A stretch of 64,000 nucleotides of DNA from Azolla caroliniana. Its lineage: Eukaryota > Plantae > Polypodiophyta. Of this stretch, positions 37,701 to 49,191 are shown one piece after another. A program made the translations under genes and the position numbers. The stretch is from the NCBI GenBank assembly GCA_043228905.1, contig JBHGNT010000022.1, positions 2,418,001-2,482,000 on the forward strand. Direction: 5' to 3'. Positions within the stretch are counted from its first letter, which is position 1. Each line of letters begins with the position of its first letter. Under the pieces are notes generated by a model that was given only the letters and a program-made list of their open reading frames with translations, ran no database searches and had not been told where the DNA came from.

Positions 37701-38386
37701 ATGGCGCAGTCGTATGGCCGATGATGAGGAAGTGTGTTGGCTTGTACTTTATCGAACACATCAGCATACTGACGATACTTCTCGGGAAGTTGAACGGTGG
37801 ACTCCTCTTTGGTGGTGCTGGAGGGTTGTACTGATATTGCAAAGAGAAACATTTCCTCCTTGCGCCCTTCCTCACACAACTGACGTAGCGAAATGGTTGC
37901 AACCTTCTGGGTAGATCCTTGGGTTTGTCGCAACCGGATTTCCCTTGTCCTCCAATCTATGTCTGGGTCATGTAACTCGAACCATGGTAATCCTAAAACT
38001 ATGGGATGTTCTGGAATACTAATAATATTAAATGATACTACACATGTTAAGTTATCTAGGACAATATTAACGGGTTCCGACTCTTCTATGATATTACCAG
38101 AAGCAATGGGACGACCATCAATGACTACTACTGAGGCTGGACATGGGAGCTTTCTGAGAGATATCTGATGAGCTCGGGCAAAATTCCTATCCATGAAGCA
38201 AGAATTAGCTCCGGAATCTAGAAGGGCTAAGGTATGTACTGGAGGGGTACTTTTAGTACTAACTGCTACTTGGACTACGAACACATCACTAACTTGCTTA
38301 GAGGGAATGGAACCACTAATGGGCTGCACAGATCTAGGGCTGTCCAACCAAACGGCTCCTATTTTGGCTGGACTTAGTCGTTTAAC
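34791..38386 (-). CDS. pol: Pol: protease, RT, RNase H, integrase, chromodomain; one 1-nt deletion near 36675
   Basis: LLDSGA, YLDD, DASD, HHCC/DDE, GPF, and EYEVAAILDS...YYLVDWLGYSPSERTWEP in ORFs 36641-38347 and 34791-36623. Confidence 0.95.
38342..38386 (-). other. Programmed -1 ribosomal frameshift signal (slippery heptamer plus hairpin)
   Basis: G_UUA_AAC in the gag frame, a 6-nt spacer, then an 11-bp stem GUCCAGCCAAA/UUUGGUUGGAC. The -1 frame is open into pol. Confidence 0.8.
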
Positions 38387-39543
38387 TCTTCTTCTAATTG
38401 GCTAAGGACATCAAATTTGTTTGCGAGATTCGGACTATTAGTACTATTAGGACTATTATGACTATGAGGATTATCAGAGATTCCTACTGAAATAGACTCG
38501 GGTTTAGTATAGTCAGAACTAACAATGACTTGGTTTACCTGCCTTCTTGGTCTATGGGGACAGTTTATCGCGATATGCCCTGGTCCACCGCAATAAAGGC
38601 ATAATCGGTTTGTTCGGCGTCGTTGCTTTTCCTCCTCCGATAGTGGCCCACGACGACGTGTAGTGTCAATTTCCATTGGAGTTGGAGTACTTACTGGAGG
38701 CGCATTATATGACTCCCTTTGAAAAGGTTTCGCTACCACTGAGGCATAGGTAGGCTCGGATCTTGCCCTCGGCATCTGAAATTGTCGTTCCGAACGTCGC
38801 TCGAAGAGGCGGTTGTCACATCTGACCGCTCGACTGATTGCTTCTGTTAATGATTTTGGCTCTTCAGGGAAAGTCAAGAGTAAATCCTTGACATCGTTGC
38901 GTAGACCATAGCGGAACTGCTCCATCAATGCTTGATCATCCCAGGGGATATCGGCGGCGAGTAGGCGGAAGTCTGCAGCATATGCGGAGGCTGGACGGTC
39001 ACCTTGGCGTAATCGCCGGATTTTGTTGATTGCAGTCCTTATGCTGTCAGTATCTCCAAAACATGCTTTAAACTCACTTATGAATTCTTCAAAATTATTT
39101 AGTACTGGAGATTCCTTTTCTAGTAGCGGAGCGAACCATGCTAATGCTGAGCCATTTAACAACGTGCCTACTAAACCCACTCGTGATGCATCGGTGGGAT
39201 ATCGGGACGGATGCATTTGAATAACTAACCGTACCTGGTTAAGAAACCCTCTAAACTGCGATCGCGTTCCATCGAACTTCGTGGGAAGGCCAATCTTGGG
39301 TTCTTTATGAATCCCTTGTGCTCCGTGCCCTTGTTGTTGCATTGCTACGATGGTTGCTTCGAGTTGTTGCACGCGTAACGCAAGTTCCCCATGCTGTTGT
39401 TGCGTTTGTTGCTTTTCTAAGGAAATTTGCTGAAGATCCCCCAACAAGCGTTGATTTTCTTGTTCCAAAGCATGAAACTTCTCTTTCAAGCATTGAAATT
39501 CCGAGAAAACGGATTGATACTCTTCAGCGCTAACGGTGGCCAT
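38374..39543 (-). CDS. gag: Gag, 389 aa (coiled coil, capsid, CCHC knuckle)
   Basis: Intact ORF; LRQGDRPASAYAADF, PMEID, CLYCGGPGHIAINC. Confidence 0.95.
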   Translation of the reverse strand: MATVSAEEYQSVFSEFQCLKEKFHALEQENQRLLGDLQQISLEKQQTQQQHGELALRVQQLEATIVAMQQQGHGAQGIHKEPKIGLPTKFDGTRSQFRGFLNQVRLVIQMHPSRYPTDASRVGLVGTLLNGSALAWFAPLLEKESPVLNNFEEFISEFKACFGDTDSIRTAINKIRRLRQGDRPASAYAADFRLLAADIPWDDQALMEQFRYGLRNDVKDLLLTFPEEPKSLTEAISRAVRCDNRLFERRSERQFQMPRARSEPTYASVVAKPFQRESYNAPPVSTPTPMEIDTTRRRGPLSEEEKQRRRTNRLCLYCGGPGHIAINCPHRPRRQVNQVIVSSDYTKPESISVGISDNPHSHNSPNSTNSPNLANKFDVLSQLEEELND

Positions 39544-39617
39544 GGGATGAAGGAAAAGGGAAATAAGAGACTAGTAGGAAAGGAGAGAGACAGAAGGAAG
39601 AGGGAGACTAGTAGGGA

Positions 39618-39629
39618 AAATCGGTTCAA
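39618..39629 (-). promoter_or_regulatory. Non-tRNA (self-priming) primer-binding site
   Basis: TTGAACCGATTT is complementary to the LTR sequence at 39876-39887, 26 nt downstream of the TATA box. It does not start with TGG. Confidence 0.8.
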
Positions 39630-39631
39630 AC

Positions 39632-39764
39632 TGTCAGGAACTCTATTAAGGCAGAGAAGGAATTAGTACTAAAAGAAGGATTAGTACTATTGTTGGGGAA
39701 TAGTACTAAGACAGAGAAGGATTAGTACTATGAGAGGTGTCGAACTTTGAGAGAAGGAATGAGT

Positions 39765-39806
<42 letters not shown>

Positions 39807-40096
39807 TGATGCGAAAGATATATGTATTATATGACGGAAGATATACAACAGTAGTTAGAAGGCTTAAGACTGGCGTTGAACCGATTTGGTTCGAACTAAT
39901 GCCTTGCGCCTCCTTTTATAGTGTCTTCAGGAATACTCCTGAAGTTTCTAGAATGTTCCAGAGAAATCTGGAATATACATCAATTTCCTAATAAAACCTA
40001 AATGAAAATAATATCCTTCAAATTACAACTCATAACCTAATGGTAAAGTCTCGACCCGTGTAACAAAAGGTTATGGGTTCGAGTCTAGTTATGACA
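39632..40096 (-). repeat. 5' LTR of young chromovirus
   Basis: Copy of 34334-34798. Confidence 0.96.
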
Positions 40097-43000
40097 GCCG
40101 GGATCTCCCAGTTTCAACTTGTACACCCACTTGTTTCGGACTGCCCACTTTCCTTTCGGCAACTCCACCAATTCGTACATATGGTTCTCATGCAGGGAAT
40201 CTATGTCATCCTGCATGGCACTTAACCATTTGCGGCTATGGGTGTCATGCTTTGTTTCTTCGAAGCTTTCCGGCTCTCCCTCATCGGTCAGCAGCACATG
40301 CTCTGCATCCAGAAATCTCCGGGGGGCCCTTCTCTCTTGGAGAGGATATCTCCGTCTTTGGCCTTCGGCAACCGGCTCCACTATTTGTTCTTCATCCGAA
40401 TCCGATTCGGGGTCTTGGACGGTTCCGATTTCAGCTTCCTCTACTTCTTCTTCTTCCAGTTCGGTATTCTCACCGTAACCGGCTAGTTCCTCGAATGTCA
40501 ACCAGCTCTTAGCCGGGTGTGTCCGAATCTCATCGGAGTTCATTATCTTCTTCTCTGACTCCCAGTTGGCAAGAGTCTTGTCCTCCATGAAGATAATATC
40601 TCGACTCCGGAAAGCCTTCTTGTCAACCGGATCCCACACTCGGTAGACGAACTCATCATCGGCATATCCGAGGAATATGCATGGCCGGGTCTTTGGATTC
40701 AACTTTACTCTCCGGTCCTTAGCAATATCCACGTACACGAGACACCCGAACACCTTCAGATGTCGGTAAGACACTTCCTTTCCAGTCCACACCTTCTGCG
40801 GTGTGTCTCCATCCAAGGGCACTGAGGGTGATCTATTTATCACATACGTAGCTCTCGACAACGCCTCAGCCCAAAAAGTCTTGGGTAATTTTGCATGTGC
40901 CAGGATACTCCGGACCCTCTCCATTATGGTCCGGTTCATCCTCTCGGCCAGCCCGTTTAGTTCAGGCATCTTCGGCACGGTAAATTCAAGCTGGATTCCC
41001 TTCGAGCGACAGTACTCCTTGAACTGCCCCCCGATACTCACCTCCGTTATATTCTCGAACCGCCTTCAGCTTCAGGCGGTTTCTCTTTCCACTCTCGTGT
41101 GGAGCTCTTTGAAGACGGATAACACCTAATCCTTCGTCTTCAACGGTGTGGCCCATAGCTTCCGGCTGTGGTCATCTATGAACGTCACGAAGTACTGTGA
41201 TCTGGCATGTGACTTCGTGTCCACTTGACATACATTAGTATGCACCAACTCCAGTGGTGCATTAAGTCTCATCGGTGGCCTCGATCGGAAGGAGGTCCAG
41301 TTTTGTTTACCGGACAGACAATCAGTGCATTTCTCCAAGTGCACGTTCTTCACTGGAATTAGGTTGTCGTCTGCAAGCCTCTTCATCCCCTTCTCGCTCA
41401 TGTGACATAGACTCTTATGCCATAGCTCACCGGTAGTGTCAGATGCCACGTTCACTTCTTCCGGGCATAACCGAGCATTCATCAGGTACAACGTGTTGAC
41501 CTTCCGGGCCCGAGCCACAATCAGGTACCCTTTGCTAAACTTCATAACATTGTTCCGAATGCTACCCGTGTAGCCTTCATCATTTAGCCGACCAACTGAT
41601 ATCAGGTTCAGATGAACCTCCGGAACGTGTCAGACATCCTTCAGCAGCAGCTTGCATCCGGTTGGGGTTGTCAACCACACGTCTCCTATGCCGACATTTC
41701 GGCATGTACCTTCATTCCCCATCTGGACACAGCCGTGATCACCGACTGAGTAGGATGAGAAGCATTTCCGGTCCGGGGTAAGGTGGAACGACGCTCTGGA
41801 GTCGACAACCCAGGTCATCTCGTCGGCGGCAAGGTTTAGCTCACTCTCCTCGGTGATGAGCATCAACTCTTCTTCACTTGCCACGATTGCCGTCATTCCC
41901 TACCGGTCTTTACCATTCCGGTCCGGTGTCCGCTTCGAATCGATGCCGTCGGTTTCCTTGTCTTTTCGGAAGTGCCGACAGTTTTTCTGGAAGTGTCCCA
42001 TCTTGTCGCAATAGAAGCAAGTAGGCCTCCCCCTTGACTTTGACCATGTCCCCGACTTTTCCCGGTTCTGGGGGCTACGGTTCCTTTGTCTTCCGTGTTC
42101 CGATTCGGTAAGAAGCGCTTTGGAGTCGGAGCTCGTATCCTTATCTTTCCGACGTGCCTCCTCATCTAGCAAGCTCGACTTCACTCTTGCTAGGGATAAC
42201 CGTTTCCCTTCCGTCCCGGCGTTGCCCAAAGGGACAACCAACGTCTCCCAGCTATCTGGGTGGGAACCGAGCATGAGTAGCGCTAGTACCTCATCGGCGA
42301 GAGGTACTTCCAATGATGTTGCCTGGTGGATCATGTTACCGGCCGGCAAAGGAGTCCAGAGTGGGAAACGGGGAGTTATTTAAGTAGTAGGAATGTGGTT
42401 GTAATTAAGCTATGAGTGTGGACGGACGGACCGGAATCGGTATGCCGTTCCGGATCCGGACCGATCCCGAACAGGTGCGGATGGCACCGTTTTGTAATAC
42501 AGACCGGAAACCTATTTAAAGGCCCGGATACAATGTAATGGATAGCGGTTAATTAATAAAGCTTAGTGTTGTTATCTCTCTGTGTTACGCGTGTGATTAT
42601 GAAAGACGATCATGCTAAGTAACTTAATTAAGTCGGATTAATCGTTGAGTCTAATCCTGTTGCCATAACACCCTTTGTTGAAGTGTCTTCCCTAGACACC
42701 CTGTGTTAGGCCATTGTCCGGCCCTAAGAGTTAACACAGTTTTTGGCAACCACAATTCCTGTTTTTGCAGCGAACGACGGCACGGATGGATGTCTAGATC
42801 AGCGCACGACCTGGTTACAGATCGAACTCGACGCCTTGCTGAAAGGCAAAGGAGACGTGAGGCTTTCCAGCAAGCGGTGCAGGAAATTAGAGCGCATCGC
42901 TCGTTTTCCAACGTCATCCGGAGAGTAGCGGAGGACTCCCTCTGGTTACAGCAAACATCGCACCCGGACGACGGCAACAGCCTAAATAGCCTCCGGGAAA

Positions 43001-46000
43001 CCGAATCCCTTCTCCACGCGTTGGCAAATGGAGAAGGCGAAGCAGAATCCTTTTCAGCATATGAATCAGACTCCAAAGGGGAATACAGCATGCACACGAA
43101 CTACCGTAGCAGCAATGAAACCCCGGGCGGACCGGAGGACGAAGGATCGGATACCTTACTGACACCGGAACCGGAAGTGCTAACACTGGAACCCCCGGAA
43201 CCAACAGAGGAAGAGCGACCTCCGACACCGGAAGTCGAAGAGGAGAGGCCTCCGTCACCAAAAGAAGAGGAAAAACCACCGACGCCGGAAACAAATCGGG
43301 AAAGACCACCGACGCCGGAGAAAATTCGAGAACGAGCACCAACACTGCTAGCCCGCGCACCGATACCGGACGACGACATGTCGTTCCAGTACACCAAATA
43401 TAGAGATGATCCGGACGCGGAAGCTCATGTGCACGTCTTTGAACAGACATGGGAAGCCAACCATGTGTCCCAGCGATTGACCCTGGATGAAGAAGAACGC
43501 TCTAAGATAGCGGAATTTGGCGTCACATTGGAGGGACCGGCGGCAAGATGGCGATGGACACAGGACCCGTCTACAATCAACACCTTTGTAGATTTAAAAG
43601 CTAAATTCTTGCATTTTTTCCAAAAGGAGGTGAACTAGACCGTAATGGTAGGCTTATTTTATACCATCCAACAGGAGGCAAGGGAGAGCATTCCCCAATT
43701 TGTCATCCGGTTTCAACGGATGCATAGTTAGCTTGCCTGCGCACCCCCGGAGGAGGAATTACGGACTATATTCCTAAACGCGCTCCGGAACCCCTACACA
43801 CGGTTTGCACGGTAATTGACTTCTGCACAAGTACCATCGACCAGGTCATTGACCGGGTGAGAGAGATGGAAAAGACAAGCTCCTGGCTCACACTGGGAGC
43901 ACTCCAACGGGCGTTACCGTCCGATGAAGACCTCCGGTTTCGGCAAGCAATACAGTGCACAACCTGCTTGAATTCCGGACACTCGGCTCTAGAATGCACT
44001 ATGAGGACGCAATGTGTAATCTGTCAATCCAAGGGCCATACGACGGATAGGTGCAAGTATAATCTATTGAACTGGCAAGCACCACCCGTCCGACAAATTG
44101 AGCCACGCAACAGCCAGGATGAAGAAGAGGAACGCTGGCAGCGAATGGACCGCGACCGGCCGGCACAGGATGTCTGGTACGATGATTGACGGGAGAATGA
44201 TGTCCAGTACGGTGATCGGCGGGATAACTATGACTGGCATGATCGGTACCGGGATTACAATAGACGATACAAACATTACGACCGAGAGCACTCCCCCAGG
44301 TATCGTCAGCAACGGGAGGAATACGGTAGATATAACGGGCAACCCCGTCAAGAGTACCGCAATAAGAAGAGCTATAACAAAAAAAGGCATTTCAAAAAAT
44401 GCGGCTATCCACAGGATCCGGAACAAGGAGCTTCAAGCAGCCAACCGGCCCAAAACCCCGCACGTACCGTAGGACCTGCCCTGGGTATAACAGACAATGC
44501 CGAATCCAGCAATACCCGGAAAGCCTACTGCTACTACTGCCGACAGGAAGGCCATTATAGTAACCAATGCCCGGTGAAGAGCTATGAAAAACGACCGGCG
44601 GTAAATATGGTAGTCCTTGAGGTGGCAGATCTGCAGCAGGTGACCACAAGGTCGAAGGGCATGGCCAAGGAATGGGAGACTCAAGAGACCATCCGGAAAC
44701 AAGCGACGGAATGGGTGAAGAAAGCAAACGAGCAGAACGTCACAGACTTACAACGGCAAAAGGAGAACACCGTAGGGCTTGCCGGAGGCAGTCACTCCGA
44801 GAACGAGACATGGCAGGCGTTGCAAGAATGCCAGATTACGCTGCCACTAGGAAGACTCCTACAACTCGTGCCAAGATTCACGGAAGGACTGAAGACGGCC
44901 ATGACGGTAGGAGAATCATCACCGGCACCGGTACTCTTCTCGAATCCGGAGGAGGGACGAACGGTGGTGGACACCAACAATCCGGTAATCACTGCCATTG
45001 TAAAAGGGAAAGAATTCCCCGGCACAGTTATAGACGGAGGCTCTGGGGTGAATGTAATAAGCCTCCGGACGTGTGATGCCCTAGGAATCCACGAGTGGGA
45101 GCCGTGTCCGTTCTGGTTGCGGATGGCCGATACAAGCTCAGTGCGGCCGATAGGATTAATACGGAAATTAGAAGTCACCGTCAGCGGTCATACATTTCAC
45201 ATCTCGGCAGTAGTGCTACAATTACAGGCACAAGGCGCATACCCGCTATTGCTGGGACGGCCATGGTTGAAAACGGCACATATCAAACAGAATTGGAGGA
45301 AAAATATAATTACCTTCCGGCGAGGAAAAGCCAAAGTACGGGTACCAACATAGCCAAGGACTGGCACTGGCAAGGAATGTACACCGTTGTATGCGGAATG
45401 CGTCAACATGCTAGAAGCATTAGCTGACGAAGAAGAAGCTCAGTACTTGCAGGAAAACCCAAAGATCATACCCCTCTTCGAAATTGACATTGCCGAAGCA
45501 GTAGCACCATACTTACCGCAACCGGAAGAGGCTGAAGCAGAACAGGATAAAGACGCAATCCGGGAGTTACGACAAGCGCAGGAAGCGTTGGAACGGGAAA
45601 TGGCCATTTCACAGCGCGTAAAAGCGTCGCAACTAGAAGAGGTGAACCTAGGGACCACGGACGAAGCAAAACCGGTGCACATCGCCAAGGAGATGAAGTC
45701 CGAAGACAAAACGGCGATGATCACACTTCTCACGGAATTTCGCGATGTGTTCGCCTGGTCATACGAAGACATGCGAGGACTCGACCCTCAGTTATACCAG
45801 CATCAGGTGCACTTGAGCAAGGACGCAAAACCAGTGGCACAAAGACAGTACCGGATGAATCCCAATTATGCCGCCAAAGTCAAGGAGGAAATCGACAAAC
45901 TGCTAAGAGTTGGCTTTATCCGTCCGGTAAAGAAAGCGACATGGCTGAGCCCAATCGTAGTCGTACCGAAGAAGAACGGAAAAATTTGAGTTTGTGTGGA

Positions 46001-47390
46001 CTACCGGAAACTCAATGCAGCTACGGTAACGGATGCGTTTCCACTTCCGTTCACAGATGGAGTGTTGGATGCCGTCGCCGGCCATGAGGTCTATAGCTTC
46101 CTAGACGGATTCAGCGGGTATAATCAGATCCGGATGCATCCCGACGACCAAGAGAAAACCGCTTTCGTCACCCAATGGGGGGTGTTTGTGGCCGTGGTGA
46201 TGATGTTCGGACTCAAAACGGCACCGGCAACATTTCAACGAATCATCATGGAAATCTTTGGTTAATATATTCCGGCTTTTATGCAGGTTTTCCTTGACGA
46301 TTTCGCCGTCTATAGCCGGGAGGAGGACCATTTTCAGCACCTCCGTCTTTGTCTAGAAAAGTGTAGAGCGTACCGGCTAAGCTTGAATCCGGCAAAGTGT
46401 GTATTTGGCGTGTCCAGTGGAACTCTATTAGGACATATTGTGAGCCACGAAGGTATTGCAGTCCACCCTGATAAAGTGAAAGCCATATTAGAAGCACCGG
46501 CGCCGGCAACGGCAAAGGCATTAAGCCAGTTCTTAGGCCAGATCCGGTGGCACAGCCGGATGCTCTGATACTTGGCCGACCTGGCTACACCGTTGCATGC
46601 CGCCGTACATCGGACACCATTCCAGTGGACCGACATCGAGGATAGGGCGTATAGGGGCCTCAAGGTACTATTGTCGCAAGCACCAGTAGTGCAGCCTCCG
46701 GATTGGAGTAAAGAATTTTCACGTGTTCGTGGACGCCTCCGACATCACAATCGGAAGCGTACTGATTCAACTTACGGAACCAAAGTGGTACCGGCCAGTG
46801 TACCATGCCAGCCGAAAGCTATCCCAAGCAGAACGGAACTACTCTACCACGGAACGGGAAGCTCTAGGGATGATCTACAGTGTGACAAAGTTTCGGCATT
46901 ATTTATTGGGAAGGAAGTTTTCCTTCCATGTAGATCATTCGGCACTCCTTTACCTGGTGTCCAAAGCGTCACTCACTGGCAAATTGGCCCGGTGGACCTT
47001 ACTGTTACAGGAATTCGAGTTTGAAATATTCCACCGACCCGGTATACAGCATGTCGTGGCGGATTACTTAAGCCGATTGGAGTCCTGAGAGACGGGTGAC
47101 GGAGTAGCGGATGAGTTTCCGGATGTGGAGTTGTTTCGAGTCACTACGGAAACGACAATAGATGAGACAGTGGCACAGGAAGAGAAGTGGCTCACAAACA
47201 TGCACCAGTTTCTGAGCACAGGACTGCCTCCGGAAGAGATGAACCGGGACGAACGGAAACGCCTGGCGGTGCAAAGCCGACATTTCTGCTTACTGCAAGA
47301 CACACTTTACCACAAGGGCGCGGACGGCATATGGAGACGGGCTGTGCGCAACGATGAAAAGGACCTGATACTGAGGGAAGCTCACTGCGG

Positions 47391-48260
47391 TGTCGTGCCT
47401 TTCGGCTCCGGATCGTTGCGTGAGTCGGGTGGGAACCGCCGAGGTTTTGGACTAGGAGGAGGAAGAATTTGAGGCTAATCTAGTTATGAATATGAATAGA
47501 TTATAAGAAAGAGATATAGAAACTTGTGAATCCCACAAGTATAATTGTTTTAGTTTATCTAAATCGTAGTAATAAATTGAAATAATTTAGAATAGATTAG
47601 AGTAGATTGAGAAAAGAGATCAAACCTTGTGAATCCCACAAGTATTACATTAATCAATATTTATGTAAGAATATGAATTTAGATTGAAAGAGATAGATTA
47701 TCTTAAACTTCGTGAATCCCACGAGTATATTTTATTGATTGTTGGTGTTTTAGGAAATATATCCAATTTCCCAAATATTTTTCACACACCTATTACATTG
47801 TGCTCCCCATCCTTATGTAGTGATGGGAGAGACTAAGCATAGCTACATGCTTTTTTTTCTAATATGTTCATGCACACTAAATATGCATGTGATGCTTTTC
47901 TAATCCTTGCTTTTATTTGCTAAATATAGTGCTCATGCACGCTAGATGTGCACGAGTCACTTTTTAGTTGCTTGCGTTTTTTTCTATAAAATATTCACAC
48001 ACTCTAAAAATGCACGATTTACCTTTTAATAAAGGTAGGCGCAAATAAAGCACTTATAGTTATTAAATCTATTTATAGAACACTAAAGATAAGGTAGTAT
48101 AATGGTAAAGTTGAGGTTTGGCTACGTGGAGGTACAGGGTTCGAATCCTGCCCTATGCATGTGATAAATATCTTGATATATTATTTTATTTATTTATATG
48201 TAATTAAATCAGTTATATTATTTTTACTTTTTCACGTAGTGTACGAAATACACTACGACA
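47391..48260. mobile_element. Solo LTR (870 bp) inserted in the integrase zinc-finger region
   Basis: TGTCGT...ACGACA termini and a 4-bp TSD GCGG (47387-47390, 48261-48264). Removal restores EAHCGVAGGH. Three internal AAAC(C)TTGTGAATCCCACAAGTAT-like repeats. Confidence 0.85.
48088..48160 (+). ncRNA. tRNA-derived Pol III A/B-box cassette in the solo LTR
   Basis: TAGTATAATGG at 48095-48105, GAGGT, and GGTTCGAATCC at 48138-48148 flanked by CAGG/CCTG. Confidence 0.68.
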
Positions 48261-49191
48261 GCGGAGTTGCCGGAGGTCACTATGCCGGGGATGCAACGGC
48301 CAGGAAAATATGGCAAAGTGGCCTATGGTGGCCAACGACATTAAGAGATGCGGTACGGTACGCAAAAGAATGTGACCTATGCCAGCGAATGGGCCAGCCA
48401 ACGGAGCAGGCTCATATGCCACACCAGCCGGTACTACCACTCGAGCCATTCCAGAAGTGGGGGCTGGACTTTGTTGGACCGTTCAAACCACCGGCAATGA
48501 GAACGGGTAATCGGTACGTCATCGTCGCGATGGATTACTGCACGAAATGGGTGGAGGCCAAAGCATTAAGAGACAACATTGTTGCGTCAACGGCGAAATT
48601 TCTATACGAGTACATCTGGTGCCGTTACGGATGCCCAATCAAATTAATAAGCGACCAAAGGGGGCACTTTCTCGGCCAAGTAGTGGAAAGCTTGACGACA
48701 TTCTATGTCGTTGTCCACAAACGGAGCACACCTTACTATCCGCAAGCGAACGGTTTAGCGGAATCAACGAATAAGACGCTCCAGAATATCCTCCGGAAGA
48801 TCGTCAACGAAAACTGAACGGATTGGGATACCAAGCTACATAGCGCGCTGTGGGCATACCGGACGACATACAAAACGAGCATCCGAACAACACCGTTCCG
48901 GTTAGCGTTCGGACTAGAGGCGGTAATGCCGGTGGAATTCCAAGTACCCAGCTTACGAATCCAGCTACGGGAACGACTGAACGAGAAGGAGTCAGAGGCA
49001 ATACGGTTAACAGCGCTGTGTGAACTCGAGGAACAACGACTGGCAAGCATCCTGCACTTAGAATTGGAGCAACGGCGACAGAAAGCATTTGTCGAGCGGC
49101 ACAGGAAAGGAAACGAAAAAATGTTCGCAATTGGCAAACCGGTGTTAGTATTTCAGACCCGGATGGGCAAGATGCCGGGTGAACTACGGTT

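Larger units (their letters stand above)
34334..40096 (-). mobile_element. Near-intact, very young Tcn1-like chromovirus
   Basis: TSD GCCGG at 34329-34333 and 40097-40101. Two 465-bp LTRs (34334-34798, 39632-40096) with no difference found by eye. PPT at 34799-34815. gag plus pol with chromodomain. Confidence 0.96.
32379..42333 (-). mobile_element. Ty1/copia element D (Tork/Tnt1-like), interrupted twice; 5' end not recovered
   Basis: 3' LTR 32379-32926 and PPT 32927-32940. RH/RT at 32940-34328 and INT/PR/gag at 40102-42333; closely related to B2. Confidence 0.9.
42334..49191 (+). mobile_element. Athila-like element, third family, 3'-truncated
   Basis: LTR TGTTA...TAACA at 42334-42736; PBS at ~42744; gag-pol from ATG 42790 with stops; ends abruptly in the integrase tail (KMPGELR). 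Confidence 0.92.
42790..49191 (+). pseudogene. pol: gag-pol of the third Athila-like family
   Basis: ORFs 42703-43638, 43857-44189, 44574-45353, 45387-45989, 45996-46265, 46281-46568 (FLDD), 46723-47088, 48155-48817 and 48926-49201. Confidence 0.92.

Noticed and set aside
48088-48160. Functional tRNA genes in LTRs
   Set aside because: Acceptor and anticodon stems do not pair convincingly; only promoter boxes and part of the T-arm persist.
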